Of a stretch of 64,000 nucleotides of DNA, positions 10,442 to 19,526 are shown piece after piece; positions within the stretch are counted from its first letter, which is position 1, and each line of letters starts with the position of its first letter. The notes below the pieces were generated by a model. It searched no databases, was not told the DNA's origin, and saw nothing but the letters and a program-made list of their open reading frames with translations. The DNA comes from Terriglobia bacterium. Lineage in GTDB: Bacteria; Acidobacteriota; Terriglobia; JAJPHL01; JAPKYU01. Location of the stretch: positions 768,001 to 832,000 of the forward strand of contig CBDBKE010000003.1 in assembly GCA_965206645.1 (NCBI GenBank), written 5' to 3'. Made by a program: the position numbers and the translations under genes.

Positions 10442-11300
10442 AATCTCACTACGGACCACCTGGAAGGCTGACCCATGTCCTTCAATACCTGCTTCTCAGG
10501 GCACCCCCATCTTGACAAAGCGCGTCCTTGACGACGAGCCGGACTATTGCAGCTCGAAAACCATTACTGCAACCAGGTACGGCGCAGCCTGTAGAGCATG
10601 GCCGTGGCGGCAACCACCGTCAAAAAACCGTCAGGAAACTCACCCATCAAGAAGGCCAAGCTGTTGGCGTTGCGAGCGAAAGCAGGCGCCCCAAAACCGT
10701 GTAAGAGCAAAGAAAGGAAGGAATTGGGAGAAAACCGTGGAAGACGCCTGCCTGCTTCCGAAGTTCTCGATGAGGCCTGGAATGTGCCTTTCAGTCCACT
10801 CAGCCAGTGTGGGCGGGGACCAGAAGTGTCTGCTATCGCATCGTACTCTTCCGGCCGTTCGTCCAGAGAGACTTTCAGGTAATCGGATGCTTCGGTGCGG
10901 AGGCAAGTGACAGTATCCGGAGTCCGTGACCGAAGCGACATTATGAAACACACCCAACCGCACAGATCCTCATGCGTCAGGTCCGCAAAGCCCGTAGTCA
11001 CCATCTTGTGCCAGCCCTCGGACCCGCCGTCTTCACTGGGATCGCACTCGGGCCTGTCGGTAACTGTGGGACGCCAGAAGCGTTCCAAGCAGTGGTGGGA
11101 AAGCAGCGAGATGCTCCTCGCTTTTCCAGGACTGCGGCGGCTTCCACAGGCCAGAAAGCGAGGGTAAGGTGACCGTTCCCGCCCATGCGGCGCGATTCCC
11201 GTCATGCTTTCGGCCTCAACCGACCACCCTTGATGGACAATCACATCATCCGGAGAGTAGATTTGTCGAGCAGGTCAGCAGTTGGGATATCGGATCGAGC

Positions 11301-11948
11301 ATGAAGAAGCGTTTCCTCAGATACGCCGGCGACAAGGCCGTAGGCGCTCTATTGGAGCGTTACGCGTGTCCGACTTCATTCCATGTCGTCCGCACACGAT
11401 TCCTCGGCAACATCGCGACGCCCAAGCTCGACGCATCTCCCCTCCGGACCATAGAGAGCTTTTGGGAAGGTGAGCTGCCGGAGTTCGACAATGACAGCGC
11501 GGCCAATGAACTGTTCGAGTCCCTGACGGGGCTTTGGAACGAACTGGCAAAGCATCAGTCGGGAACTAAGCCGATCCGTTTGACGCGGATGGCCGCAAAG
11601 CCGGATTCGGACGATATTCGTCGCCTGTGCCGGACCCGCACCGAGGAGCTTGAAGGCTTCATCGAGGGCCTGTTCGGTGACGCGGAGATCATTGATCTAC
11701 CCGAACGGGCCAATGAGGCCCTGGACAATCTCGGCCAGATCAACGCCATGATCCGCGGCATTGTCGATCTCCTGGAAAGAGAGTCGGCGCCGCCGGCGTC
11801 GGAAAAGGACCTGACGGGAATTCTCAAGAACGTAGGGGAACTCTCACACATCGCGGAGCAGGAACTGCATGCGGTCATGCTTGCCTGCAAGCGAACCCGC
11901 CAACAAACCCTTTCCCCTATCGCCGTGGGCAAGCCCACCGTCCATTGA
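11301..11948 (+). CDS. Hypothetical helical protein
   Basis: Long ORF with coding-like composition; no motif recognised. Confidence 0.6.
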   Translation: MKKRFLRYAGDKAVGALLERYACPTSFHVVRTRFLGNIATPKLDASPLRTIESFWEGELPEFDNDSAANELFESLTGLWNELAKHQSGTKPIRLTRMAAKPDSDDIRRLCRTRTEELEGFIEGLFGDAEIIDLPERANEALDNLGQINAMIRGIVDLLERESAPPASEKDLTGILKNVGELSHIAEQELHAVMLACKRTRQQTLSPIAVGKPTVH

Positions 11949-12102
11949 GATATTCGGTGTTGCCCGACGCTCCCCGTGGCAGCCGACCGCCGGCCGCGTC
12001 GGATCGTCATGGCCGTCGCTCCGAGTGGCCTATCGCATATCGCGTTGCTGTTCGCGGAAATCGGTCGGGCTCATGTTGTCGAGCGGCCGAACCGTGTTGT
12101 CG

Positions 12103-12349
12103 TTAGTGCCCCGAGTCCTTCGCTTCCCTTTGGGCCAGGTAACGCGCCCAATCGTCCATCAGGACACGCCGCCTCTCAAACAGGTCCGAGCGTGCATAGG
12201 CCGCTTCGACCTTGTTCCGGACAACGTGCGCCAACGCCGCCTCCATGACCGCATGCGGCGCGTCCGTGCATTCAGCCGCCCAACCATCGAAGCTGGAACG
12301 AAATCCATGGGGTACGGCTCCGATGCCCAGCTTCTTGAGCAGGTGGGAC
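12103..12349 (-). pseudogene. C-terminal remnant of a P4-type tyrosine integrase, truncated by IS21
   Basis: Manual translation: VPHGFRSSFDGWAAECTDAPHAVMEAALAHVVRNKVEAAYARSDLFERRRVLMDDWA...*. Confidence 0.85.
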
Positions 12350-12539
12350 TGTCAAGGGCGGAGTAAAACTAGACCACTCCGGCGGAGAGAAAGTAGACCA
12401 GTTCAGGGGTGGTGGAAGCTTTGATTTGAGAGGGAGTTGCGGGGGCGGTTGGAGCGGAGGCCTGCGACGCCCGCAGGGCGGCGCGGTTAGGCCGGAGTGG
12501 AAGCCGCCCTCGCAACTCGTCGCCCAGTATTGGGTGAGA

Positions 12540-13304
12540 TCAGGCGCGAGGCTTTCCGGAACGCCTTCGTTTGCTGTCCTTGAGCCGGTAACTTTCCCCG
12601 TTCATCTCCAGGATGTGGACATGGTGGGTGAGACGATCCAGCAGGGCTCCGGTCAGCCGCTCCGATCCGAAGGCCTCCGTCCATTCGTTGAACGGCAGGT
12701 TGCTGGTCACCACGGTGGCGCTGCGTTCGTAGCGCCGGCTGAAGACCTCAAACAGCAACTCCGCCCCAGTCTTGGATAGCGGCACGAAACCCAGCTCGTC
12801 AATGATCAACAGCTCGAAACTGGAGAGCATCTTCTGGAACCGCATCAGGCGCCGCTCGTCCTTGGCCTCGATCAGCTCATGCGCCAGGGAGGCCGCCGTA
12901 GTGAACCGGACCCGGAACCCTTTCTGACAGGCGGCCAGTCCCAGCGCCAACGCAATGTGGGTTTTTCCCGTGCCCGAGTTCCCTAAAGCCAGGATGTTCT
13001 CCTTGCGTTCGATGAACTCGCCTCGGGCCAGCTCGAGCACCAAGGCCTTATTCAGCGACGGAAGGGCCAGGAAATCGAAACTGTCGAGGCTCTTCACCAC
13101 GTCGAACCTGGCTTGGTGAATGCGCCGCTCGGTGGCGCGCCGTTCCCGGTCCAGCAGCTCCAGCTCCGTCAACCGCAGCAGGTAGCGCGGGAAGTCCACG
13201 CCCTCGGCAGCGCACTGCTGCGCCACCTTGTCGTACTCACGCAAAAAGGTGGGTAATTGCAGGGCCTTCAGATGGTGTTCCAGCAACACCTGGGGCGTGT
13301 CCAT
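12540..13304 (-). CDS. istB: IS21 helper ATPase IstB
   Basis: Walker A GNSGTGKT, Walker B LLIIDELG, TSNLPF, LLDRLTHH. Confidence 0.95.
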   Translation of the reverse strand: MDTPQVLLEHHLKALQLPTFLREYDKVAQQCAAEGVDFPRYLLRLTELELLDRERRATERRIHQARFDVVKSLDSFDFLALPSLNKALVLELARGEFIERKENILALGNSGTGKTHIALALGLAACQKGFRVRFTTAASLAHELIEAKDERRLMRFQKMLSSFELLIIDELGFVPLSKTGAELLFEVFSRRYERSATVVTSNLPFNEWTEAFGSERLTGALLDRLTHHVHILEMNGESYRLKDSKRRRSGKPRA

Positions 13305-14803
13305 CAGCAGACTCCTTCCCGGAGCAGGGTCAGATAGTCGGCGGCGGCTGTGGTGGCCACCTGCGTCGCCGGCAGGTGCGGATAGTGCTCCAGGTCCAGC
13401 CGCGCCGGCCGCTGCTCGATCCGGCCCAGCAGCAGATGCTTGACCGCGTCAGACCAGATCGCCCCCAGCCGCAAGGCGTCCTCGACGGCCAGCGACACTT
13501 CCGTCCAACGGAACGTCTCCAGCCGTCGCAGGACCTGCACATACTCCCGCTTGCCCTTCTTGCCTAACCGCGCCTCCATCAGCCGCCGCAGTTGCGCGAA
13601 GCCTTCCGGCAACTCCCAGCCGGCCAGGGGGGCGGCCTGGTTCAACGCGTTCGGCTTCTGCTCCAGCAGCGCCAGATAGTGCAACGGATCGAAGATCATC
13701 TCTTCCCGTTCCTAGCTCCGGACATGGCGTGCGATCACTTCGCTCGCTGCACAGATCACCACTTCCTCGACGAATCCCTTCACCAGCACCTCCCGGTGCC
13801 CCCAAGCCACCGGCACCGAATAGTCGTTGGATCGATACCGCACCAGCGACAGTGACGTCACCCGTGTGGTCCGTTTGTCGCAGGCCTCATAGGGCGTCGC
13901 CGGCAGGGGCAGCAGCCTCTGTTGATCCTTCGCGAACCGCTCGCCGATCGTCTCTTGATGTCCTCGCAGACGCCGCTCTCGCCGCCGGGTGCACTGTTCC
14001 CGCAGCTTCGCGTGCAACTCCTCCCAGCTGGCACACCGCGGCACCGGCACCAGGAAGTTCCGCCGCACGTAACCCACTAGTCCTTCCACTTTCCCTTTGT
14101 CATTGCCCTTGCCCGGTCGTCCGAACTTCTCCGCAAACAGGTAGTGACTCTGCAGTTCGGAGAACGCCCGCGTCTTGTTCCGTGTTCCGTCACCCAGGAT
14201 CTGCCTCACCGCCAGCTTGGTGTTGTCGTACAGGATCGTGCGAGGCACTCCGCCGAAGTAGCCGAACGCCTGGTTGTGCCCTTCTAAGAACGCTTCGGTC
14301 GTCTCAGCCGGAAACGCCATCACGAAGCAGTCGTCCGATTGCGGCAGCTCCATCACGAAATAGTGCGCCTTGCGCTCCACCCCGCCGATCACCACTTGCG
14401 CTTCGCCAAAGTCGGCCTGGGCCTCCCCCGGTGGATGCTCCAGCGGCACGAACATCTCCCGCTGGCTCAGCTTCCGCAGCCGCACGTAGTCCTTCACGAT
14501 GGTGTAGCCGCCCGGGAATCCGTGCTCCTCCCGCAGCCGCTCAAAAACCCGCTTGGCCGTGTGGCGTTGCTTCTTGCTCTGGGCCTTATCTTGCTCCAGG
14601 ATCTGGTCGATGATCCCCACCCAGGCATCCAGCTTCGGCCGCCGCGCCGGCTGCTGCCGCCGATAGCCCGGAGGGATCGAGTACCGCAGCATCTTGCGGA
14701 CCGTCTCGCGGGCTAGCCCGAACTGCCGCGCCGCCTCCCGTTCACTGATCCCCTCAGCCTGAACTGCTCGTCGAACACGCGCATAGAGTTCCACTGTGTG
14801 CAC
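13304..14803 (-). pseudogene. istA: IS21 transposase IstA with in-frame TAG at 13712-13714
   Basis: AQADFG, YDN, KGKVEGLVGYVRRN; frame continues ARHVRS*EREEMIFDPLHYL. Confidence 0.88.
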
Positions 14804-15122
14804 ACCTCCGGTGTTTCACGAAACACATCAGAATCACAATGTTTGATGGAATCGAACTGCGCTGGTCTAATTTTGCACCGCCAGAAACCGCCGCTTACGC
14901 GGCGCTCCCTGGTCTATTATTGCTCCGGCGTTCTACCTTCTGCCTCGATGGTGTGCGCTGTCCCTCGACTCGGTCGCTGGTGGCCAAAGATACCAAGCGT
15001 GTCCAACCCCGGCATGGCCGCTCGCATTTTCTCGACCGTCCGGCTATCCAGACGACTACTCCACGCCAATGGTGACCGTGTTGCTGGGGCGTCTCCCGCG
15101 CAGTTAGGAACCCGAAATATTC

Positions 15123-15156
15123 ACAGTAGCACTTTGTTATAATTTCGTGCTACTGT
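15123..15156. promoter_or_regulatory. 10-bp perfect inverted repeat around TTATAA (operator or res-like site)
   Basis: ACAGTAGCAC-TTTGTTATAATTTC-GTGCTACTGT. Confidence 0.45.
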
Positions 15157-15333
15157 ACTTATGTGGTCGGTCTCGGTGCAAGCAAGGAATTCGGAACGGA
15201 GAACGCTGGTTTCAGAAACCCCTGGGCGAGTAGGTCCGCCCCGGTCTTTGAATCGCTGAATTTCGATCCTTCACGTTGGGTTGCGGACCCAACGGTCCCA
15301 TTTAAGCCTCTGCATTTTCGAGAGTTGACGTGT

Positions 15334-15351
15334 GGTGTGCAAGAAGTGTGC
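15334..15351 (+). repeat. Left arm-type integrase-binding repeat
   Basis: GGTGTGCAAGAAGTGTGC is the exact reverse complement of 36051-36068. Confidence 0.75.
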
Positions 15352-15368
15352 TGCCTTTTGGGAGCTGC

Positions 15369-15857
15369 ATGAACGAGCGCCGATCCTACTCGCGGCATGG
15401 GCTGAACGTGCTGAAGGCCAGGGTGAAGGTGCGGGGCCTGGCCGCTATTGACATGCGGACGGCGGCGGCTCAGGCCCTTGTTGCCTGGCGATGTGAACTA
15501 CTCTCGGACCTGGGCGGGGAGGAGAGTGTCAGTGCCCAGCAAATGGCCTTGGTGGACATGGCCGTCAGGACGCGGCTGTACGTGGACAGTCTGGACGCCT
15601 GGATTATGGAGCAAGAGTCTCTGGTGAACCGGAAACGCAAGTCGGTCCTGCCGGTGTTGAGGGAGCGCCAGCAACTTGTGGATTCCCTGAGCCGGATACT
15701 GGGACAGGTTGGCCTGGAGAAGAAAGCCAAGCCAGTTCCGGCCCTGGGGGAATATCTGGAGGAGAGGTACGGCGATGGGAAAGCCGACCCTGGGCGCAAG
15801 AAGAACCGACTCCGTACAACAGGAACCAAAAACACCAGTGGGCGCGATTCGCTGTAG
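15369..15857 (+). CDS. Putative terminase small subunit-like protein
   Basis: GGAG RBS; N-terminal RHGL motif, helical, basic tail; directly upstream of TerL (positional inference). Confidence 0.55.
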   Translation: MNERRSYSRHGLNVLKARVKVRGLAAIDMRTAAAQALVAWRCELLSDLGGEESVSAQQMALVDMAVRTRLYVDSLDAWIMEQESLVNRKRKSVLPVLRERQQLVDSLSRILGQVGLEKKAKPVPALGEYLEERYGDGKADPGRKKNRLRTTGTKNTSGRDSL

Positions 15858-16028
15858 GGCAAGCAAAGGCCGATTTCAGGAATCGCTTTCGGTTCCTGTT
15901 GGTTCTCTTTGTACCGAGTCGCAGATTTCAGACTGCAAGCCTGTCGCTACCAGAACCGGCCCGCCTATCGAACACAGGCCAAGCCAGATGGTAAGAACGC
16001 CCATTCCTGGTGAGGACCGAGCAGGCAA

Positions 16029-17522
16029 GTGATGGCGGCAAGACGCACAGCGACATCACCGGCGCTGACTATCCTGGACGCGATGGCGGACCCGTCCCTG
16101 TTCGACCCGTGGTTCCAGGGCCAGAGTTGGGCAGCCTGGAAAGCGTTCCTGGCGGCGCTGTTTGGCTTGCCGATCAACAAGGCCGCCCTGGAGATCTACC
16201 GGCAGCATACTCGCTGCACGTCAGTTCCAGGATTGCCTGCCAGGGAAGCCTGGCTGGTGGTGGGCAGGCGTGGTGGAAAGAGCTTGATAGCGGCGCTTGT
16301 GTCAGTGTTCCTGGCCTGTTTCCGGGACTACCGGAAGATCCTGGCCCCGGGCGAGCGGGGAACCGTCATGGTGATTGCCGCCGACCGGCGCCAGGCGCGG
16401 GTGGTGTTCCGCTACATCGCCGGCTTCCTGGACACGGTGCCGATGCTGACCCGCATGGTGGAGAGCCGAACCAAAGAGACGATCAACCTGACCAACCGGG
16501 TGACGATCGAAGTGCACACGGCAAATTTCCGTGCTGTCCGGGGCTACACCGTTGTTGCCGCCATCTGCGACGAGATCGCCTTCTGGCGGAGCGAAGAAAG
16601 TGCCAATCCGGACACGGAGATCCTGAACGGACTGCGGCCTGGGATGGCGACGGTTCCAGGCGCTCTGCTGCTGTGCATCTCTTCGCCTTACGCCCGGCGC
16701 GGGGCGCTGTGGGAGGTCTACCGGCAGCACCACGGCCAGGACGGAGACCCGATCCTTGTCTGGCAGGCTGACACTCGCAGCATGAATCCATCGGTTGACG
16801 AACAGGTGATTGCAGAAGCCTATGCCCAGGATGAATCAGCGGCAGCGGCAGAGTACGGCGCACAGTTCCGGCGCGACATTCAGGACTTCATCCCCCACGA
16901 GGTTCTGGAATCTCTGGTTGTCGAAGGCCGGCGCGGGTTGCCGCCGGTTTCGGACCTGCGCTACTTCGCCTTCTGTGACCCGTCGGGCGGCAGCCAGGAC
17001 AGCATGACACTGGCGATCGCCCACCATGAGAACGGTCGCGCCCTGCTGGACCTTGTGCTGGAACGGCGCCCGCCCTTCTCGCCGGAAGCGGTGGTGAAGG
17101 AGTTCGTCGCAACCCTCAAGCAGTACAGCATCAACTCGGTGACCGGCGACCGTTACGGGGGCGAATGGCCGCGGGAACGTTTCCGGGAGCACGGCATCTC
17201 CTACGAACCTTCAGAGAAGACCAAGAGTGAGATCTATGGTGAAGTCCTGCCGTCGCTGAATAGCGGCAAGGTGGAGCTGCTCGACAATGCGCGGCTGCTA
17301 TCGCAACTGCGGGGCCTGGAGCGGCGCACTTCCCGCAGCGGACGGGACACGATTGACCACAGCCCCGGCGGCCATGATGACGTGGCGAACGCAGCGGCCG
17401 GCGCACTGATGCTGGCGCTGAAGCGCGGAGCGATGGTTATCCGCTGCCCTACCGGTGTTGGAAGCGAAAGTCCGTCCTTGTGGGAAGTGTTGGGAGGCTT
17501 CCGGTCGAACTACGATTTCTGA
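16029..17522 (+). CDS. Phage terminase large subunit
   Basis: Walker A VGRRGGKS, Walker B AAICDE, coupling motif ISSP, RNase H-like nuclease FCDPSGG, TGDRY, HDDVANA. Confidence 0.88.
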   Translation: MMAARRTATSPALTILDAMADPSLFDPWFQGQSWAAWKAFLAALFGLPINKAALEIYRQHTRCTSVPGLPAREAWLVVGRRGGKSLIAALVSVFLACFRDYRKILAPGERGTVMVIAADRRQARVVFRYIAGFLDTVPMLTRMVESRTKETINLTNRVTIEVHTANFRAVRGYTVVAAICDEIAFWRSEESANPDTEILNGLRPGMATVPGALLLCISSPYARRGALWEVYRQHHGQDGDPILVWQADTRSMNPSVDEQVIAEAYAQDESAAAAEYGAQFRRDIQDFIPHEVLESLVVEGRRGLPPVSDLRYFAFCDPSGGSQDSMTLAIAHHENGRALLDLVLERRPPFSPEAVVKEFVATLKQYSINSVTGDRYGGEWPRERFREHGISYEPSEKTKSEIYGEVLPSLNSGKVELLDNARLLSQLRGLERRTSRSGRDTIDHSPGGHDDVANAAAGALMLALKRGAMVIRCPTGVGSESPSLWEVLGGFRSNYDF

Positions 17523-17535
17523 CGTGGAAAACATT

Positions 17536-17598
17536 CGCTCGCTCGCAATCTTGGAAAAGGCCCTGGGGCCGGAGCATCCCAACGCGGCCGTTAGCCTC
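17536..17598 (+). pseudogene. Isolated fragment of a TPR-repeat gene
   Basis: Translates RSLAILEKALGPEHPNAAVSL, the kinesin-light-chain-type TPR consensus. Confidence 0.65.
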
Positions 17599-18301
17599 AC
17601 TTGTTTCGCTTCAACCCTAAGACTTCCTTTTCTAGAGACTCAAGAATCTTCCGATGAGTTTCCGAATCAGTAGGCGACACAATGTAAAAACGCCTTTCCT
17701 GACTTGGAACACCAGTACGAGCTTCGATGCTTATAAGCTTACTGGCCAAAGTGACCTCGTGATCTTCTAACTTAGGGTCTGCCTCATACCTAACCTCGAA
17801 AGAGAGTTTCTTGAATGCAATAGACTTTGGAATTAAATAATTCGTCGCGAACCTAGATTGGCCATCTCGCTGTACGACTCTTAGAACAGGAGCAGCGATC
17901 AGGTCTTCAAAATCGATGTCTAGCGTCGCGACACACTCGGTTTCCTCAGCAAGAAGTAGCGGCTCTACTCTCTTAGCTTTGGGATCTTTTTGGAAGGACT
18001 CCAATAAACGAGCCAAGGTGGCTGCCACTGAGTTACCAGCCAACGAACTGTCCCGAACCTGGAGTAAAATCCTTCGTTTTTCAACCGCCAGATTCAGTAT
18101 ATGGACCAACTGCTTTCCTTCCTCAAACGTACCATTGTTGAAGATAACTTGGTTAGTTAGCGGGTCGACCTGGGCTTTGTCAAATTGGAAGGAGTTCTTG
18201 ATTATGTTTCTATTGTTAAGTTGGCGTAGCTCGTCAAGCGGCAGAGAGTCGACCGGATACAGCCTAACTTGAGTCACGGTCAGCTGTTCAATATCCTTCA
18301 T
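17597..18301 (-). CDS. Hypothetical protein, third gene of the hicAB-like operon
   Basis: 234-aa AT-richer ORF; start overlaps the hicB stop (ATGA). Confidence 0.75.
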   Translation of the reverse strand: MKDIEQLTVTQVRLYPVDSLPLDELRQLNNRNIIKNSFQFDKAQVDPLTNQVIFNNGTFEEGKQLVHILNLAVEKRRILLQVRDSSLAGNSVAATLARLLESFQKDPKAKRVEPLLLAEETECVATLDIDFEDLIAAPVLRVVQRDGQSRFATNYLIPKSIAFKKLSFEVRYEADPKLEDHEVTLASKLISIEARTGVPSQERRFYIVSPTDSETHRKILESLEKEVLGLKRNK

Positions 18302-18942
18302 TTTCCCCTTGCACTTTCTTGCTGTTCAATGCTCGATCGTGAAGGCCAGGTGTGCTGTTCCGAGGGTGAATCTACAAGAATAAATCGTCGCAGTAAGTCG
18401 TCAGAGAGTGTTTCAGAGGGTGTTGAGATGGAATACTCCCAACTCTGAACTCCAGTGGAGACAGGAAACACCCTTTGGGTCATCTGAGGATGCAAAGGCA
18501 CAAGATAAGTGACCAATTGAGCAATCTGTCCTTCAATCTCCGCCAACCTACTCTTGAGTTCACCAACCTCCTGATTGAGAGTATCTCCAATGACAGCTGC
18601 GGAAAGGAGGTGCACGATGTACTGGTTGAGGCTCGTGCCATACAGCTTTGCTTTGTCAGCAAGCATCGCGTGCAGCGAAGACGGAAGGCGCGCTAGAATG
18701 CGTCCGCTGTATCCTCGCGTACTTGACGGTGGTGGAACTGGAAGTCCGTGGTCGAGGGCGAACTGCAGCCAATCTTTCTTCACTTCCTGGGCGCTGCTGT
18801 AGGCTTCCTCAACAGTTTCCCCAGAAGCTGAACATCCCGGCAAGTCCAAGAATTCTGCAGTGAAGAGCTTATCGTCCTCGTCGAACTCGATCTTCAGTGG
18901 ATAATTCAGGGCCATGAGTTTCGCAAGGGACTCAGCACTCAT
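18298..18942 (-). CDS. hicB: HicB-family antitoxin with ~100-aa C-terminal extension
   Basis: YPLKIEFD..FTAEFLDLPGCSASGETVEEA, RHH YSGRILARLPSSLH..GTSLNQYIVHLL. Confidence 0.85.
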   Translation of the reverse strand: MSAESLAKLMALNYPLKIEFDEDDKLFTAEFLDLPGCSASGETVEEAYSSAQEVKKDWLQFALDHGLPVPPPSSTRGYSGRILARLPSSLHAMLADKAKLYGTSLNQYIVHLLSAAVIGDTLNQEVGELKSRLAEIEGQIAQLVTYLVPLHPQMTQRVFPVSTGVQSWEYSISTPSETLSDDLLRRFILVDSPSEQHTWPSRSSIEQQESARGK

Positions 18943-19298
18943 CAGTCCACCTCCGTGGCTTCCTGTGAAGCAATGACGGCCTTCAGGGCTTCAATCATTT
19001 GCTTTGCCTGACTCTGGTCGAGCTTGCTGATTCGATCCGCACTTCTTCGTGGGCCGTGAGGACGATAAAGGTTTCTAGGATATCTAAAGTGGGGGTCCTC
19101 TCTCAGTAATGGGTGGTAGTACATGACATGGTTCGGGTCGCTGGTGTCCTTCACCTCGAATCCGAGGGACTCTAGTTGGTTTCGGACTTCCTTAAATCGC
19201 CCTCTGCGAACAGCCTCAAGAGCGCACCTAAATTGTTCTTCTGACACTCCACCCTCTGACATCCTAGGACTTGTTCCACAAAGCCTCAGCGCGCTCAT
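18942..19298 (-). CDS. HicA-like toxin (start may be 19262)
   Basis: RFKEVRNQLESLGFEV..NHVMYYHP..RPHG pattern; TGATG overlap with hicB. Confidence 0.6.
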   Translation of the reverse strand: MSALRLCGTSPRMSEGGVSEEQFRCALEAVRRGRFKEVRNQLESLGFEVKDTSDPNHVMYYHPLLREDPHFRYPRNLYRPHGPRRSADRISKLDQSQAKQMIEALKAVIASQEATEVD

Positions 19299-19440
19299 TC
19301 ACTTGATATCACTTGCAGTATCATCTTGTCAACAAAGCCCCCTCTTAGATTGGTAAGCGGAACAGTCACACCGCCCGAGCGAATTTCTAGGAAGAGAGAG
19401 TAACACGTGGGCTTGGAGAGACGTTGAGAGTTCTGGAAGT

Positions 19441-19466
19441 AGTTACATAAATCTGTTTATGTAAGT
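19441..19466. other. dif/Xer-like recombination site
   Basis: AGTTACATAA-ATCTGT-TTATGTAAGT: near-palindromic arms, 6-bp spacer, TTATGT XerD-type half. Confidence 0.6.
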
Positions 19467-19526
19467 GGAATCAATTACTTAGAAGGATTACGCAACCACT
19501 TCTAGGTACTTTCAGAAGGGTTCCTG

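Larger units (their letters stand above)
12350..14937 (-). mobile_element. IS21-family insertion sequence
   Basis: Imperfect terminal IRs TGTCAAGGGCGGAGTAAAACTAGACCA and (revcomp) GGTAGAACGCCGGAGCAATAATAGACCA, with internal repeats; istA-istB. Confidence 0.9.

Noticed and set aside
10441-11060. ORFs downstream of higA (10317-10910, 10564-11244)
   Set aside because: No recognisable motif or consistent coding signal; treated as degraded island DNA.
12436-12452. GTTGCGGGGGCGGTTGG as the partner att of tRNA-fMet
   Set aside because: It lies inside the IS21 end region and has no arm repeat; 15279-15286 fits better.
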